Assembly (NCBI GenBank): GCA_965644295.1
Contig: CBFFRP010000532.1
Span: 54,224 to 118,223 of the forward strand
DNA: 64,000 nt
From: Paraphysomonas bandaiensis
Taxonomy: Eukaryota > Protista > Chrysophyceae
Direction of reading: 5' to 3'
Part shown: positions 1 through 14,000 of the stretch, piece after piece
How positions within the stretch are numbered: the first letter of the stretch is position 1
Layout of the letters: each line of letters begins with the position of its first letter
Translations under genes and position numbers: made by a program
The notes under the pieces: generated by a model
Databases searched by the model: none
Seen by the model: only the letters and a program-made list of their open reading frames with translations
Told to the model about the DNA's origin: nothing

Positions 1-73
1 CAAAACTATTTCTTCTGTTGACAATGCCCTGACCATTTTATTCGTACAAATCTCACATATTATGTGGTACATA

Positions 74-1345
74 TTATGGTCCTTTGTGGCCAACTGGGCG
101 AAACAAACCTATACTGTGACTGATATCCGGCGAGAGGGGTCTCGTTTTGTCCTGACAACCACTCAACTTCACATTCGACAGATTATGGCGCTCTTGTGTA
201 TCTATAACAAATGACTGCCTCTTTTTAGCCAGTGCAACAGCAAAAGTCCACAGCTCCATATCGAAACTGTTTATTTTCTTAAGTAACTCGATAACAGCGT
301 CCTTCATATAAGTATAAGTGAGCATACACAGGAAGTTGACAATATCTACCTTATCAGCAGCTAGCGTCGACTCCATTTCAACCGACTCAGAGTTGCCCCT
401 GTTTATTTTCTTTTTCAAAACACCCAATCGGGCATTGTTTCTCCTGACAATACTGCTGTCGTCCACTCCCGAACCGAAAAAATGATCAAGAAAATTAAAA
501 CTTTCAACGCTACCAATGAAGTCTGTAATGAATACAATGTCAAATTCAGTTAATCTTTGCTTTGCTAGTGCTAAATCAGCTCTGCTTAGAGAACCGCCTT
601 GCCAACCAATCAAGCTTTTAGTGTAGTAATTCTCGACTTCAACGTATACGGTGCCCCGATTTTTATTAACAAAGTTAGATTTCCATCGACTACCATCGCG
701 CCAACCATCAACCCAATCAGAGAGTGAACGACAGCGAGTCATGTCATGCTTTATATTTTTCCACCACTCAACATGCTCGTACCAGTAAAGCGATAAAATT
801 CGGTCGATTGGATGCCGCAACGTAGTCACCGTGAGCAACCCCTCGGTGGACAGAAGGTGTTGATTCAGCGTTATTCCCTCTGTTTCATAGTACTGAACAT
901 GGTAAGCTCTACACACAGCAGATAACCATTCTCGTATCGTAGTGCCTGCAGCTTTACGGGAGTGATAAAAAAAAGCTGCTCCTACACCACCACGAAAACA
1001 AAATAACTTGGACTGAATTTTCTTGTACCAATTTTCGAGTTCAATTTGATTTGGTACATTTGAATCTTCTACGGGCTGTGTATGTGGTATGATGTTACTT
1101 GTACTGATACTGTTGCTGTTACTCACAGAGGAGCTGCGGTTCGAAGTGCAATTAATACTCTTTGTGTCTCTGGAAGATTCCATTCTCTGTAGGTATTCAG
1201 CAGCTGAGTTCTCAACAGCTGACAACTTTAGCTCATCAGATGCAAGCATATCTTCTGCGGTAAATCTTGTGATGACACACACCTCATAGCAAAATACGAG
1301 CAGGAATATTACTCCAAACAACGGCATGCAAGTTCTGGTCGTCAT
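74..1345 (-). CDS. Golgi-type (type II membrane) sulfotransferase, Sulfotransfer_2-like
   Basis: N-terminal hydrophobic anchor; 5'-PSB motif FYHSRKAAGTT and 3'-PB motif TLRHPIDRILSLY; probable in-frame 48-nt GT-AG intron at 302-349. Confidence 0.8.
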   Translation of the reverse strand: MTTRTCMPLFGVIFLLVFCYEVCVITRFTAEDMLASDELKLSAVENSAAEYLQRMESSRDTKSINCTSNRSSSVSNSNSISTSNIIPHTQPVEDSNVPNQIELENWYKKIQSKLFCFRGGVGAAFFYHSRKAAGTTIREWLSAVCRAYHVQYYETEGITLNQHLLSTEGLLTVTTLRHPIDRILSLYWYEHVEWWKNIKHDMTRCRSLSDWVDGWRDGSRWKSNFVNKNRGTVYVEVENYYTKSLIGWQGGSLSRADLALAKQRLTEFDIVFITDFIGSVESFNFLDHFFGSGVDDSSIVRRNNARLGVLKKKINRGNSESVEMESTLAADKVDIVNFLCMLTYTYMKDAVIELLKKINSFDMELWTFAVALAKKRQSFVIDTQERHNLSNVKLSGCQDKTRPLSPDISHSIGLFRPVGHKGP

Positions 1346-2049
1346 CTATTTTCCTCAAGCGCGGTTCGTATCAAGCACTTGAAGTGATATATTCGATGAG
1401 CTTGATGCTGGCAATCAGTGTACCATATAGCGCAGAATCTTTCATGGACCTGCTTGGTGAAAAGGGAGGCCTGTGGATAACACTGCAAAACAGACGGGTG
1501 GGAATCCCGTTACGGGCAGGGAATACCTCTTGAATACTGTAGGAATACACCTCCAGGGGATCATGAAGAATGAACGGACAGTGTGATGTATTGTGCAGTA
1601 TACAGTATTCCTACCGTCAACGTAATTTTTTGATATATTTGAACTGACCAATTACACAAGCGAAATATGTTATATGTAGCGTTTATTCGTTAAATTTTGC
1701 CGTTATGTTGGGCTTAGCATAAAATTCACATCTCACTTTTTTTTTGTAATATTCCAGATGCCACAAGGTAAAAAATACCCCCCATCTGGTACATAATTAG
1801 CGACCTTACAAATTTTCGTTAAAAGGGCCTCTAATGCGTTCCATTGACTGTCAAATCCAAGATAAATATTTCGGTTCAGGTCACAGATTCTAGTCAATTA
1901 ATGACACTATATAGAAAATGAAAAATTTCAATGAATTACTGCTGTAGTAGTCATAGAATTGTTGTCGCCGTTTATCTGGTTGTTAGGCTGTGTTTGAATA
2001 ACTCTTTGTAACGCCACTACTACAGTATTGTCGACACACACCGTTGGAT

Positions 2050-5000
2050 ATGCTACGACCAGTATTTCTCATTGTTTTTATAGCTTTTCAACATGCAGTA
2101 GCACTATGCCCACCAGACTACCAATTATTTAGAGACCGTAATTGCTATTCGTTTTCCCGTTATAGCAGTGATTTTGACAGTGCTTGCTCTGAGTGCAGAA
2201 GGAAAGGAGGAAGTATATCCTCGATACAAAGGTTAGAAGATAGGGAAAGCATTGCAGCTGTGGCAGACTATTTTTCTATTCGTTTCCCAATTCTTGTAAA
2301 TAGTTCTTTTTTTTGGGACGGCGATATCAGCAGTTCAACTATCCGTACTATGCAAAATACAGGGCACCGTTGTAGCGCTCTCCAGAAGAACGGTAGCATG
2401 ATACATATTGACTGTTCTACGCGACTATCTTATATATGTGTATGGCCTGCTGCAAATGTAAACGAAGGTAAAAACACGAGGCGAGTAAGTGTTTTTGAAC
2501 AAGGTAAGAATGTCAACCAAACTGTATCCTATTCTTCTAATTACATTAAACAGCAGAGGAAACAGAAAGTCCCACTGGACAACCAACAGGACAGCCGACA
2601 GGACAACCAACAGGACAGCCAACTGGTCAGCCCACTGGACAACCTACTGGTCAGCCTTCCACTTCTCCTACAGGTCAACCTACAGGCCAGCCTACCAGTA
2701 TTCCCACTCAGCCAACAGGTCAACCAACAGGGCAGCCTACTGGCCAGCCCACTGGACAACCAACAGGACAGCCGACAGGACAACCAACTGGTCAGCCTAC
2801 TGGACAACCAACTGGTCAGCCTACTGGGCAACCTACAAGCCAGCCTACCAGTATTCCCACTCAGCCAACAGGTCAACCAACAAGTCAGCCTACTGGCCAG
2901 CCGACTGGTCAGCCCACTGGACAACCTACTGGACAACCAACAGGACAGCCGACAGGACACCCAACAGGTCAGCCGACTGGGCAGCCCACTAGTGTTCCCA
3001 CTCAACCAACAGGTCAACCAACAGGTCAGCCTACTGGTCAGCCCACTGGACAACCTACTGGACAACCAACAGGACAGCCGACAGGACAACCAACTGGTCA
3101 GCCTACTGGCCAGCCCACTGGACAACCTACTGGTCAGCCTACTGGACAACCAACAGGTCAGCCTACTGGCCAGCCCACTGGACAACCTACTGGTCAGCCT
3201 TCCACTTCTCCTACAGGTCAACCTACTGGGCAACCTACAAGCCAGCCTACCAGTATTCCCACTCAGCCAACAGGTCAACCAACTAGTCAGCCTACTGGCC
3301 AGCCGACTGGCCAGCCCACTGGACAACCTACTGGCCAACCAACAGGCCAGCCGACAGGTCAACCAACAGGTCAGCCAACTAGTCAGCCCACTGGCCAGCC
3401 CACTGGACAACCTACTGGCCAACCAACAGGCCTGCCGACTGGGCAGCCCACTAGTGTTCCCACTCAACCAACAGGTCAGCCCACTGCTCAGCCTACTGGA
3501 CAACCTACTGGTCAGCCTTCCACTTCTCCTACAGGTCAACCTACTGGTCAACCTACAGGCCAGCCTTCTGGAATTCCATCTGGTCAACCCACTGGTCAGC
3601 CCACTGGACAACCTACTGGACAACCAACAGGCCAGCCGACAGGACAACCAACTGGTCAGCCTACTGGACTACCTACTGGACAACCAACAGGCCAGCCGAC
3701 AGGACAACCAACTGGTCAACCTACTGGTCAACCTACAAGCCAGCCTACCAGTATTCCCACTCAGCCAACAGGTCAACCAACAAGTCAGCCTACTGGCCAG
3801 CCGACTGGCCAGCCCACTGGACAACCTACTGGACAACCAACAGGACAGCCGACAGGACACCCAACTGGTCAGCCAACTAGTCAGCCCACTGGCCAGCCCA
3901 CTGGACAACCTACTGGCCAACCAACAGGCCAGCCGACTGGGCAGCCCACTAGTGTTCCCACTCAACCAACAGGTCAGCCCACTGCTCAGCCTACTGGACA
4001 ACCTACTGGTCAGCCTTCCACTTCTCCTACAGGTCAACCTACTGGTCAACCTACAGGCCAGCCTTCTGGAATTCCATCTGGTCAGCCGACTGGTCAGCCC
4101 ACTGGACAACCTACTGGACAACCAACAGGACAGCCGACAGGACAACCAACTGGTCAGCCTACTGGACAACCTACTGGACAACCAACAGGCCAGCCCACTG
4201 GACAACCTACTGGACAACCAACAGGTCAACCTACAAGCCAGCCTACCAGTATTCCCACTCAGCCAACAGGTCAACCAACAAGTCAGCCTACTGGCCAGCC
4301 GACTGGTCAGCCCACTGGACAACCTACTGGACAACCAACAGGCCAGCCGACAGGTCAACCAACAGGTCAGCCAACTAGTCAGCCCACTGGCCAGCCCACT
4401 GGACAACCTACTGGCCAACCAACAGGCCAGCCGACTGGGCAGCCCACTAGTGTTCCCACTCAACCAACAGGTCAGCCCACTGCTCAGCCTACTGGACAAC
4501 CTACTGGTCAGCCTTCCACTTCTCCTACAGGTCAACCTACTGGGCAACCTACAGGCCAGCCTACCAGTATTCCCACTCAGCCAACAGGTCAACCAACAGG
4601 TCAGCCTACTGGGCAACCTACTGGACAACCAACAGGACAGCCGACAGGACAACCAACTGGTCAGCCAACTAGTCAGCCCACTGGCCAGCCCACTGGACAA
4701 CCTACTGGACAACCAACAGGTCAGCCGACTGGGCAGCCCACTAGTGTTCCCACTCAACCAACAGGTCAGCCCACTGCTCAGCCTACTGGACAACCTACTG
4801 CTCAGCCTTCCACTTCTCCTACAGGTCAACCTACTGGTCAACCTACAGGCCAGCCTTCTGGAATTCCATCTGGTCAGCCGACTGGTCAGCCCACTGGACA
4901 ACCTACTGGACAACCAACAGGCCAGCCGACAGGACAACCAACTGGTCACCCTACTGGCCAGCCCACTGGACAACCTACTGGTCAGCCTTCCACTTCTCCT

Positions 5001-8000
5001 ACAGGTCAACCTACTGGGCAACCTACAAGCCAGCCTACCAGTATTCCCACGCAGCCAACAGGTCAACCAACTAGTCGGCCTACTGGCCAGCCGACTGGTC
5101 AGCCCACTGGACAACCTACTGGCCAACCAACAGGCCAGCCGACAGGACACCCAACTGGTCAGCCAACTAGTCAGCCTACTGGCCAGCCCACTGGACAACC
5201 TACTGGACAACCAACAGGCCAGCCGACTGGGCAGCCCACTAGTGTTCCCACTCAACCAACAGGTCAGCCCACTGCTCAGCCTACTGGACAACCTACTGCT
5301 CAGCCTTCCACTTCTCCTACAGGTCAACCTACTGGTCAACCTACAGGCCAGCCTTCTGGAATTCCATCTGGTCAGCCGACTGGTCAGCCCACTGGACAAC
5401 CTACTGGACAACCAACAGGCCAGCCGACAGGACAACCAACTGGTCAGCCTACTGGCCAGCCCACTGGACAACCTACTGGTCAGCCTTCCACTTCTCCTAC
5501 AGGTCAACCTACTGGGCAACCTACAAGCCAGCCTACCAGTATTCCCACTCAGCCAACAGGTCAACCAACTAGTCGGCCTACTGGCCAGCCGACTGGTCAG
5601 CCCACTGGACAACCTACTGGACAACCAACAGGCCAGCCGACAGGACACCCAACTGGTCAGCCAACTAGTCAGCCTACTGGCCAGCCCACTGGACAACCTA
5701 CTGGACAACCAACAGGCCAGCCCACTGGGCAGCCCACTAGTGTTCCCACTCAACCAACAGGTCAGCCCACTGCTCAGCCTACTGGACAACCTACTGGTCA
5801 GCCTTCCACTTCTCCTACAGGTCAACCTACTGGTCAACCTACAGGCCAGCCTTCTGGAATTCCATCTGGTCAACCCACTGGTCAGCCCACTGGACAACCT
5901 ACTGGACAACCAACAGGCCAGCCGACAGGACAACCAACTGGTCAGCCTACTGGCCAGCCCACTGGACAACCCACTGGTCAGCCTTCCACTTCTCCTACAG
6001 GTCAGCCTACTGGGCAACCTACAAGCCAGCCTACCAGTATTCCCACTCAGCCAACAGGTCAACCAACAAGTCAGCCTACTGGCCAGCCGACTGGTCAGCC
6101 TACTAGTCAGCCCACTGGCCAGCCCACTGGACAACCTACTGGCCAGCCAACAGGTCAGCCGACTGGGCAGCCCACTAGTGTTCCCACTCAACCAACAGGT
6201 CAGCCCACTGCTCAGCCTACTGGACAACCTACTGCTCAGCCTTCCACTTCTCCTACAGGTCAACCTACTGGTCAACCTACAGGCCAGCCTTCTGGAATTC
6301 CATCTGGTCAGCCGACTGGTCAGCCCACTGGACAACCTACTGGACAACCAACAGGCCAGCCGACAGGACAACCAACTGGTCACCCTACTGGCCAGCCCAC
6401 TGGACAACCTACTGGTCAGCCTTCCACTTCTCCTACAGGTCAACCTACTGGGCAACCTACAGGCCAGCCTACCAGTATTCCCACTCAGCCAACAGGTCAA
6501 CCAACAAGTCAGCCTACTGGCCAGCCGACTGGTCAGCCCACTGGACAACCTACTGGACAACCAACAGGACAGCCGACAGGACACCCAACTGGTCAGCCAT
6601 CTAGTCAGCCTACTGGTCAGCCCACTGGACAACCAACAGGTCAGCCTACTAGCCAGCCCACTGGACAACCTACTGGACAACCAACAGGACAGCCCACTGG
6701 GCAGCCCACTAGTGTTCCCACTCAACCAACAGGTCAGCCCACTGCTCAGCCTACTGGACAACCTACTGGTCAGCCTTCCACTTCTCCTACAGGTCAACCT
6801 ACTGGTCAACCTACAGGCCAGCCTACCAGTATTCCCACTCAGCCAACAGGTCAACCAACAGGTCAGCCTACTGGCCAGCCGACTGGTCAGCCCACTGGAC
6901 AACCTACTGGACAACCAACAGGACAGCCGACAGGACACCCAACAGGTCAGCCTACTGGACAACCAACTGGTAGGCCTACTGGCCAGCCCACTGGACAACC
7001 TACTGGTCAGCCTTCCACTTCTCCTACAGGTCAACCTACTGGTCAACCTACAAGCCAGCCTACCAGTATTCCCACTCAGCCAACAGGTCAACCAACTAGT
7101 CGGCCTACTGGCCAGCCGACTGGTCAGCCCACTGGACAACCTACTGGACAACCAACAGGACAGCCGACAGGACAACCCACTGGTCAGCCAACTAGTCAGC
7201 CCACTGGCCAGCCCACTGGACAACCTACTGGCCAGCCAACAGGACAGCCGACAGGACAACCAACTGGTCAGCCTACTGGACAACCAACAGGTCAGCCTAC
7301 TAGCCAGCCCACTGGACAACCTACTGGACAACCAACAGGCCAGCCGACTGGGCAGCCCACTAGTGTTCCCACTCAACCAACAGGTCAGCCCACTGCTCAA
7401 CCTACAGGCCAGCCTTCTGGAATTCCATCTGGTCAGCCATCTGGTCAGCCCACTGGTCTACCTTCAGGGTTTCCTACATCTCTTCCTTCTGGTGAGCCCA
7501 CAACTGAGCCGACAGGTGAACCCACATGTCGCCCGAGTGGAGAACCATCAGGAGAGCCAAGTGGCCAGCCTACATGTGTACCAAGCGGTGAGCCTAGTGG
7601 TCAGCCTTCTGGTCAACCAACGGGTCTGCCTACTTGCGTACCTAGCGGTCAGCCTAGTGGTCAACCCAGTGGCCAGCCGACTGGATTGCCGAGTGGACAG
7701 CCCACATGTCGACCCACTGGAGAGCCTACATCTGAACCTACATCTCAACCAACTGGTCAACCGACGGGGTTTCCAACTGGACAGCCAACTGGTCAGCCAT
7801 CAGGGTTTCCTTCATCTTTACCATCTGGTGAGCCCACCACTGAGCCGACAGGTGAACCCACATGTCGCCCGAGTGGAGAACCATCAGGAGAGCCAAGTGG
7901 CCAGCCTACATGTGTACCAAGCGGTGAGCCTAGTGGTCAGCCTTCTGGTCAACCAACGGGTCTGCCTACTTGCGTACCTAGCGGTCAGCCTAGTGGTCAA

Positions 8001-11000
8001 CCCAGTGGCCAGCCCAGTGGCCAGCCGACTGGACTGCCGAGTGGACAGCCCACATGTCGACCCACTGGAGAGCCTACATCTGAACCTAGTAGTGTTCCTT
8101 CTGGTCAACCAACGGGTCTTCCTACTTGCATACCTAGTGGTCAACCTAGTGGTCAACCTAGTGGTCAACCCAGTGGCCAGCCGACTGGACTGCCGAGTGG
8201 ACAGCCCACATGTCGACCCACTGGAGAGCCTACATCTGAACCTACATCTCAACCAACAGGTCAGCCGACGGGGTTTCCAACTGGACAGCCAACTGGTCTG
8301 CCATCAGGGTTTCCTACATCTTTACCATCTGGTGAGCCCACCACTGAGCCGACAGGTGAACCCACAGGTCGCCCGAGTGGAGAACCATCAGGAGAGCCAA
8401 GTGGCCAGCCTACATGTGTACCAAGCGGTGAGCCTAGTGGTCAGCCTAGTGGACTACCTAGCAGTAGACCCAGTAGTGTTCCTTCTGGTCAACCAACGGG
8501 TCTGCCTACTTGCGTACCTAGTGGTCAGCCTAGTGGTCAACCCAGTGGCCAGCCGACTGGATTGCCGAGTGGACAGCCCACATGTCGACCCACTGGAGAG
8601 CCTACATCTGAACCTACATCTCAACCAACTGGTCAACCGACGGGGTTTCCAACTGGACAGCCAACTGGTCAGCCATCAGGGTTTCCTTCATCTTTACCAT
8701 CTGGTGAGCCCACAACTGAGCCGACAGGTGAACCCACAGGTCGTCCGAGTGGAGAGCCATCAGGAGAGCCAAGTGGCCAGCCTACATGTGTACCAAGCGG
8801 TGAGCCTAGTGGTCAGCCTAGTGGACTACCTAGCAGTAGACCCAGTGGTGAGCCAACGTGTGTGCCTTCAACTATACCAACGGGGCAACCAACATCATAT
8901 CCAAGTGGTGAACCTACAAGTCAACCCTCCGGACAGCCTACTGGTGAACCATCGTCTCATCCAACTTATGAGTATCCACTTTCTCTTGAGCTTTTCGGAG
9001 GAGGAAGTAACTCGGTGCCTGTGGTATGGTCTCCTGATAGTCTCGGTTGGTCCAATTCATCCTATCCTCTGTACTTGACAGTGGACGTAATTCCCACGAA
9101 TTACAATTCCAAGGCCACACAGTGGGCAACTATCAAGGTTAATGGAGATGTAGTTATGCAGTATTGTACACCTGTTATGGAATGTGAAACGACGTATTTC
9201 AATTGTTTTTATGATATGGATATCTCTGACTACATATCTGAGCCATTGGGAGGGAGTTTAACTATTGAGGTATCGAGCACCGGTGTAGGTAGTGGTCCAT
9301 GTGACTACATGGGTTATCCATTGTACACTCACTTGCAGCTGCGAGGAGCATTGCCCACAAGTCAACCTACGAGTGAGCCATCTGGTGAGCCTAGTGGACA
9401 GCCTACTGGGCATCCGACAGGCGCACCAACGGGTCAACCGACTGGTGAACCCACAAGTATACCTTCCTGTATGCCATCTGGGGAGCCGACATCGTGTCCG
9501 TCGGGGCAGCCATCGGGTCAGCCTACATCTGAGCCTAGCAGTGGTCCAAGTAGCTGTCCAACGGGTATACCATCCGCATTACCATCTAGCAGTCCAAGTG
9601 GTAACCCAACAGCACAGCCAAGTAGTCAGCCAAGTAGTCAGCCCAGTGGTGAACCCTCTTCACAGCCAACTAGTTATCCAACCAGTGAGCCTAGTTCCGA
9701 TCCGACAAGTTATCCTAGTGGACATCCAACAGGTCAACCGACAGGTCAACCAACAGGCCAACCTACAGGCCAACCTACAAGTGAGCCAACTAGCCAGCCA
9801 ACAGGGCGCCCGACAAGTCAGCCTACGGGACAGCCAAGTGGCCAACCAACGGGCGAGCCTACTGGAGTACCAACTTGTCAACCAACGGGTTTACCAACAA
9901 GCTGGCCGACTAGCCAACCTACGGGTGAGCCAACTTCTATACCAACAGGACAACCTACAGGAGAGCCCACAAGTCAACCAACAGGTCAACCGACGGGGTT
10001 TCCAACTGGACAGCCAACTGGTCTACCATCAGGGTTTCCTACATCTCTACCATCTGGTGAGCCCACAACTGAGCCGACAGGTGAACCCACAGGTCGTCCG
10101 AGTGGAGAACCATCAGGAGAGCCAAGTGGCCAGCCTACATGTGTACCAAGCGGTGAGCCTAGTGGTCAGCCTAGTGGACTACCTAGCAGTAGACCCAGTA
10201 TTGTTCCTTCTGGTCAACCAACGGGTCTGCCTACTTGCGTACCTAGTGGTCAGCCTAGTGGTCAACCCAGTGGCCAGCCGACTGGATTGCCGAGTGGACA
10301 GCCCACATGTCGACCCACTGGAGAGCCTACATCTGAACCTACATCTCAACCAACTGGTCAACCGACGGGGTTTCCAACTGGACAGCCAACTGGTCAGCCA
10401 TCAGGGTTTCCTACATCTCTACCATCTGGTGAGCCCACAACTGAGCCGACAGGTGAACCCACAGGGCGCCCGAGTGGAGAGCCATCAGGAGAGCCAAGTG
10501 GCCAGCCTACATGTGTACCAAGCGGTGAGCCTAGTGGTCAGCCTAGTGGACTACCTAGCAGTAGGCCCAGTAATGTTCCTTCTGGTCAACCAACGGGTCT
10601 GCCTACTTGCGTACCTAGTGGTCAGCCTAGTGGTCAACCCAGTGGCCAGCCGACTGGATTGCCGAGTGGACAGCCCACATGTCGACCCACTGGAGAGCCT
10701 ACATCTGAACCTACATCTCAACCAACTGGTCAACCGACGGGGTTTCCAACTGGACAGCCAACTGGTCAGCCATCAGGGTTTCCTTCATCTTTACCATCTG
10801 GTGAGCCCACAACTGAGCCGACAGGTGAACCCACAGGTCGTCCGAGTGGAGAGCCATCAGGAGAGCCAAGTGGCCAGCCTACATGTGTACCAAGCGGTGA
10901 GCCTAGTGGTCAGCCTAGTGGACTACCTAGCAGTAGACCCAGTGGTGAGCCAACGTGTGTGCCTTCAACTATACCAACGGGGCAACCAACATCCTATCCA

Positions 11001-14000
11001 AGTGGTGAACCTACAAGTCAGCCCTCCGGACAGCCTACTGGTGAACCATCGTCTCATCCAACTTATGAGTATCCACTTTCTCTTGAGCTTTTCGGAGGAG
11101 GAAGTAACTCGGTGCCTGTGGTATGGTCTCCTGATAGTCTCGGTTGGTCCAATTCATCCTATCCTCTGTACTTGACAGTGGACGTAATTCCCACGAATTA
11201 CAATTCCAAGGCCACACAGTGGGCAACTATCAAGGTTAATGGAGATGTAGTTATGCAGTATTGTACACCTGTTATGGAATGTGAAACGACGTATTTCAAT
11301 TGTTTTTATGATATGGATATCTCTGACTACATATCTGAGCCATTGGGAGGGAGTTTAACTATTGAGGTATCGAGCACCGGTGTAGGTAGTGGTCCATGTG
11401 ACTACATGGGTTATCCATTGTACACTCACTTGCAGCTGCGAGGAGCATTGCCCACAAGTCAGCCTACGAGTGAGCCATCTGGTGAGCCTAGTGGACAGCC
11501 GACTGGGCATCCGACAGGCGCACCAACGGGTCAACCGACTGGTGAACCCACAAGTATACCTTCCTGTATGCCATCTGGGGAGCCGACATCGTGTCCGTCG
11601 GGGCAGCCATCGGGTCAGCCTACATCTGAGCCTAGCAGTGGTCCAAGTAGCTGTCCAACGGGTATACCATCCGCATTACCATCTAGCAGTCCAAGTGGTA
11701 ACCCAACAGCACAGCCAAGTAGTCAGCCAAGTAGTCAGCCCAGTGGTGAACCCTCTTCACAGCCAACTAGTTATCCAACCAGTGAGCCTAGTTCCGATCC
11801 GACAAGTTATCCTAGTGGACATCCAACAGGTCAACCGACAGGTCAACCAACAGGCCAACCTACAGGCCAACCTTCAAGTGAGCCAACTAGTCAGCCAACA
11901 GGGCGCCCGACAAGTCAGCCTACGGGACAGCCAAGTGGCCAACCAACGGGCGAGCCTACTGGAGTACCAACTTGTCAACCAGTAGGAACGCCCACAAGCT
12001 GGCCGACTAGCCAACCTACGGGTGAGCCAACTTCTATACCAACAGGACAACCTACAGGAGAGCCCACAAGTCAACCAACAGGTCAACCGACGGGGTTTCC
12101 AACTGGACAGCCAACTGGTCAGCCATCAGGGTTTCCTTCATCTCTACCATCTGGTGAGCCCACCACTGAGCCGACAGGTGAACCCACAGGTCGCCCGAGT
12201 GGAGAACCATCAGGAGAGCCAAGTGGCCAGCCTACATGTGTACCAAGCGGTGAGCCTAGTGGTCAGCCTAGTGGACTACCTAGCAGTAGACCTAGTAATG
12301 TTCCTTCTGGTCAACCAACGGGTCTGCCTACTTGCGTACCTAGTGGTCAGCCTAGTGGTCAACCCAGTGGCCAGCCGACTGGATTGCCGAGTGGACAGCC
12401 CACATGTCGACCCACTGGAGAGCCTACATCTGAACCTACATCTCAACCAACTGGTCAACCGACGGGGTTTCCAACTGGACAGCCAACTGGTCTGCCATCA
12501 AGGTTTCCTTCATCTCTACCATCTGGTGAGCCCACCACTGAGCCGACAGGTGAACCCACAGGTCGTCCGAGTGGAGAGCCATCGGGAGAGCCAAGTGGCC
12601 AGCCTACATGTGTACCAAGCGGTGAGCCTAGTGGTCAGCCTAGTGGACTACCTAGCAGTAGACCTAGTAATGTTCCTTCTGGTCAACCAACGGGTCTGCC
12701 TACTTGCGTACCTAGTGGTCAGCCTAGTGGTCAACCCAGTGGCCAGCCGACTGGATTGCCGAGTGGACAGCCCACATGTCGACCCACTGGAGAGCCTACA
12801 TCTGAACCTACATCTCAACCAACTGGTCAACCGACGGGGTTTCCAACTGGACAGCCGACTGGTCAGCCATCAGGGTTTCCTTCATCTTTACCATCTGGTG
12901 AGCCCACAACTGAGCCGACAGGTGAACCCACAGGTCGTCCGAGTGGAGAACCATCAGGAGAGCCAAGTGGCCAGCCTACATGTGTACCAAGCGGTGAGCC
13001 TAGTGGTCAGCCTAGTGGACTACCTAGCAGTAGACCCAGTGGTGAGCCAACGTGTGTGCCTTCAACTATACCAACGGGGCAACCAACATCCTATCCAAGT
13101 GGTGAACCTACAAGTCAGCCCTCCGGACAGCCTACTGGTGAACCATCGTCTCATCCAACTTATGAGTATCCACTTTCTCTTGAGCTTTTCGGAGGAGGAA
13201 GTAACTCGGTGCCTGTGGTATGGTCTCCTGATAGTCTCGGTTGGTCCAATTCATCCTATCCTCTGTACTTGACAGTGGACGTAATTCCCACGAATTACAA
13301 TTCCAAGGCCACACAGTGGGCAACTATCAAGGTTAATGGAGATGTAGTTATGCAGTATTGTACACCTGTTATGGAATGTGAAACGACGTATTTCAATTGT
13401 TTTTATGATATGGATATCTCTGACTACATATCTGAGCCATTGGGAGGGAGTTTAACTATTGAGGTATCGAGCACCGGTGTAGGTAGTGGTCCATGTGACT
13501 ACATGGGTTATCCATTGTACACTCACTTGCAGCTGCGAGGAGCATTGCCCACAAGTCAACCTACGAGTGAGCCATCTGGTGAGCCTAGTGGACAGCCTAC
13601 TGGGCATCCGACAGGCGCACCAACGGGTCAACCGACTGGTGAACCCACAAGTATACCTTCCTGTATGCCATCTGGGGAGCCGACATCGTGTCCGTCGGGG
13701 CAGCCATCGGGTCAGCCTACATCTGAGCCTAGCAGTGGTCCAAGTAGCTGTCCAACGGGTATACCATCCGCATTACCATCTAGCAGTCCAAGTGGTAACC
13801 CAACAGCTCAGCCAAGTAGTCAGCCAAGTAGTCAGCCCAGTGGTGAACCCTCTTCACAGCCAACTAGTTATCCGACTAGTGAGCCTAGTTCCGATCCGAC
13901 AAGTTATCCTAGTGGACATCCAACAGGTCAACCGACAGTTCAACCAACAGGCCAACCTACAGGCCAACCTACAAGTGAGCCAACTAGCCAGCCAACAGGG

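Noticed and set aside
1442-1651. 69-aa ORF in the sulfotransferase-mucin intergenic region
   Set aside because: Non-ATG start and no recognisable features
2541-7400. Long minus-strand ORFs (368 and 1243 aa) and many shifted-frame ORFs over the mucin gene
   Set aside because: Shadow frames of the PTGQ codon repeat; low complexity, and they recur with the repeat period
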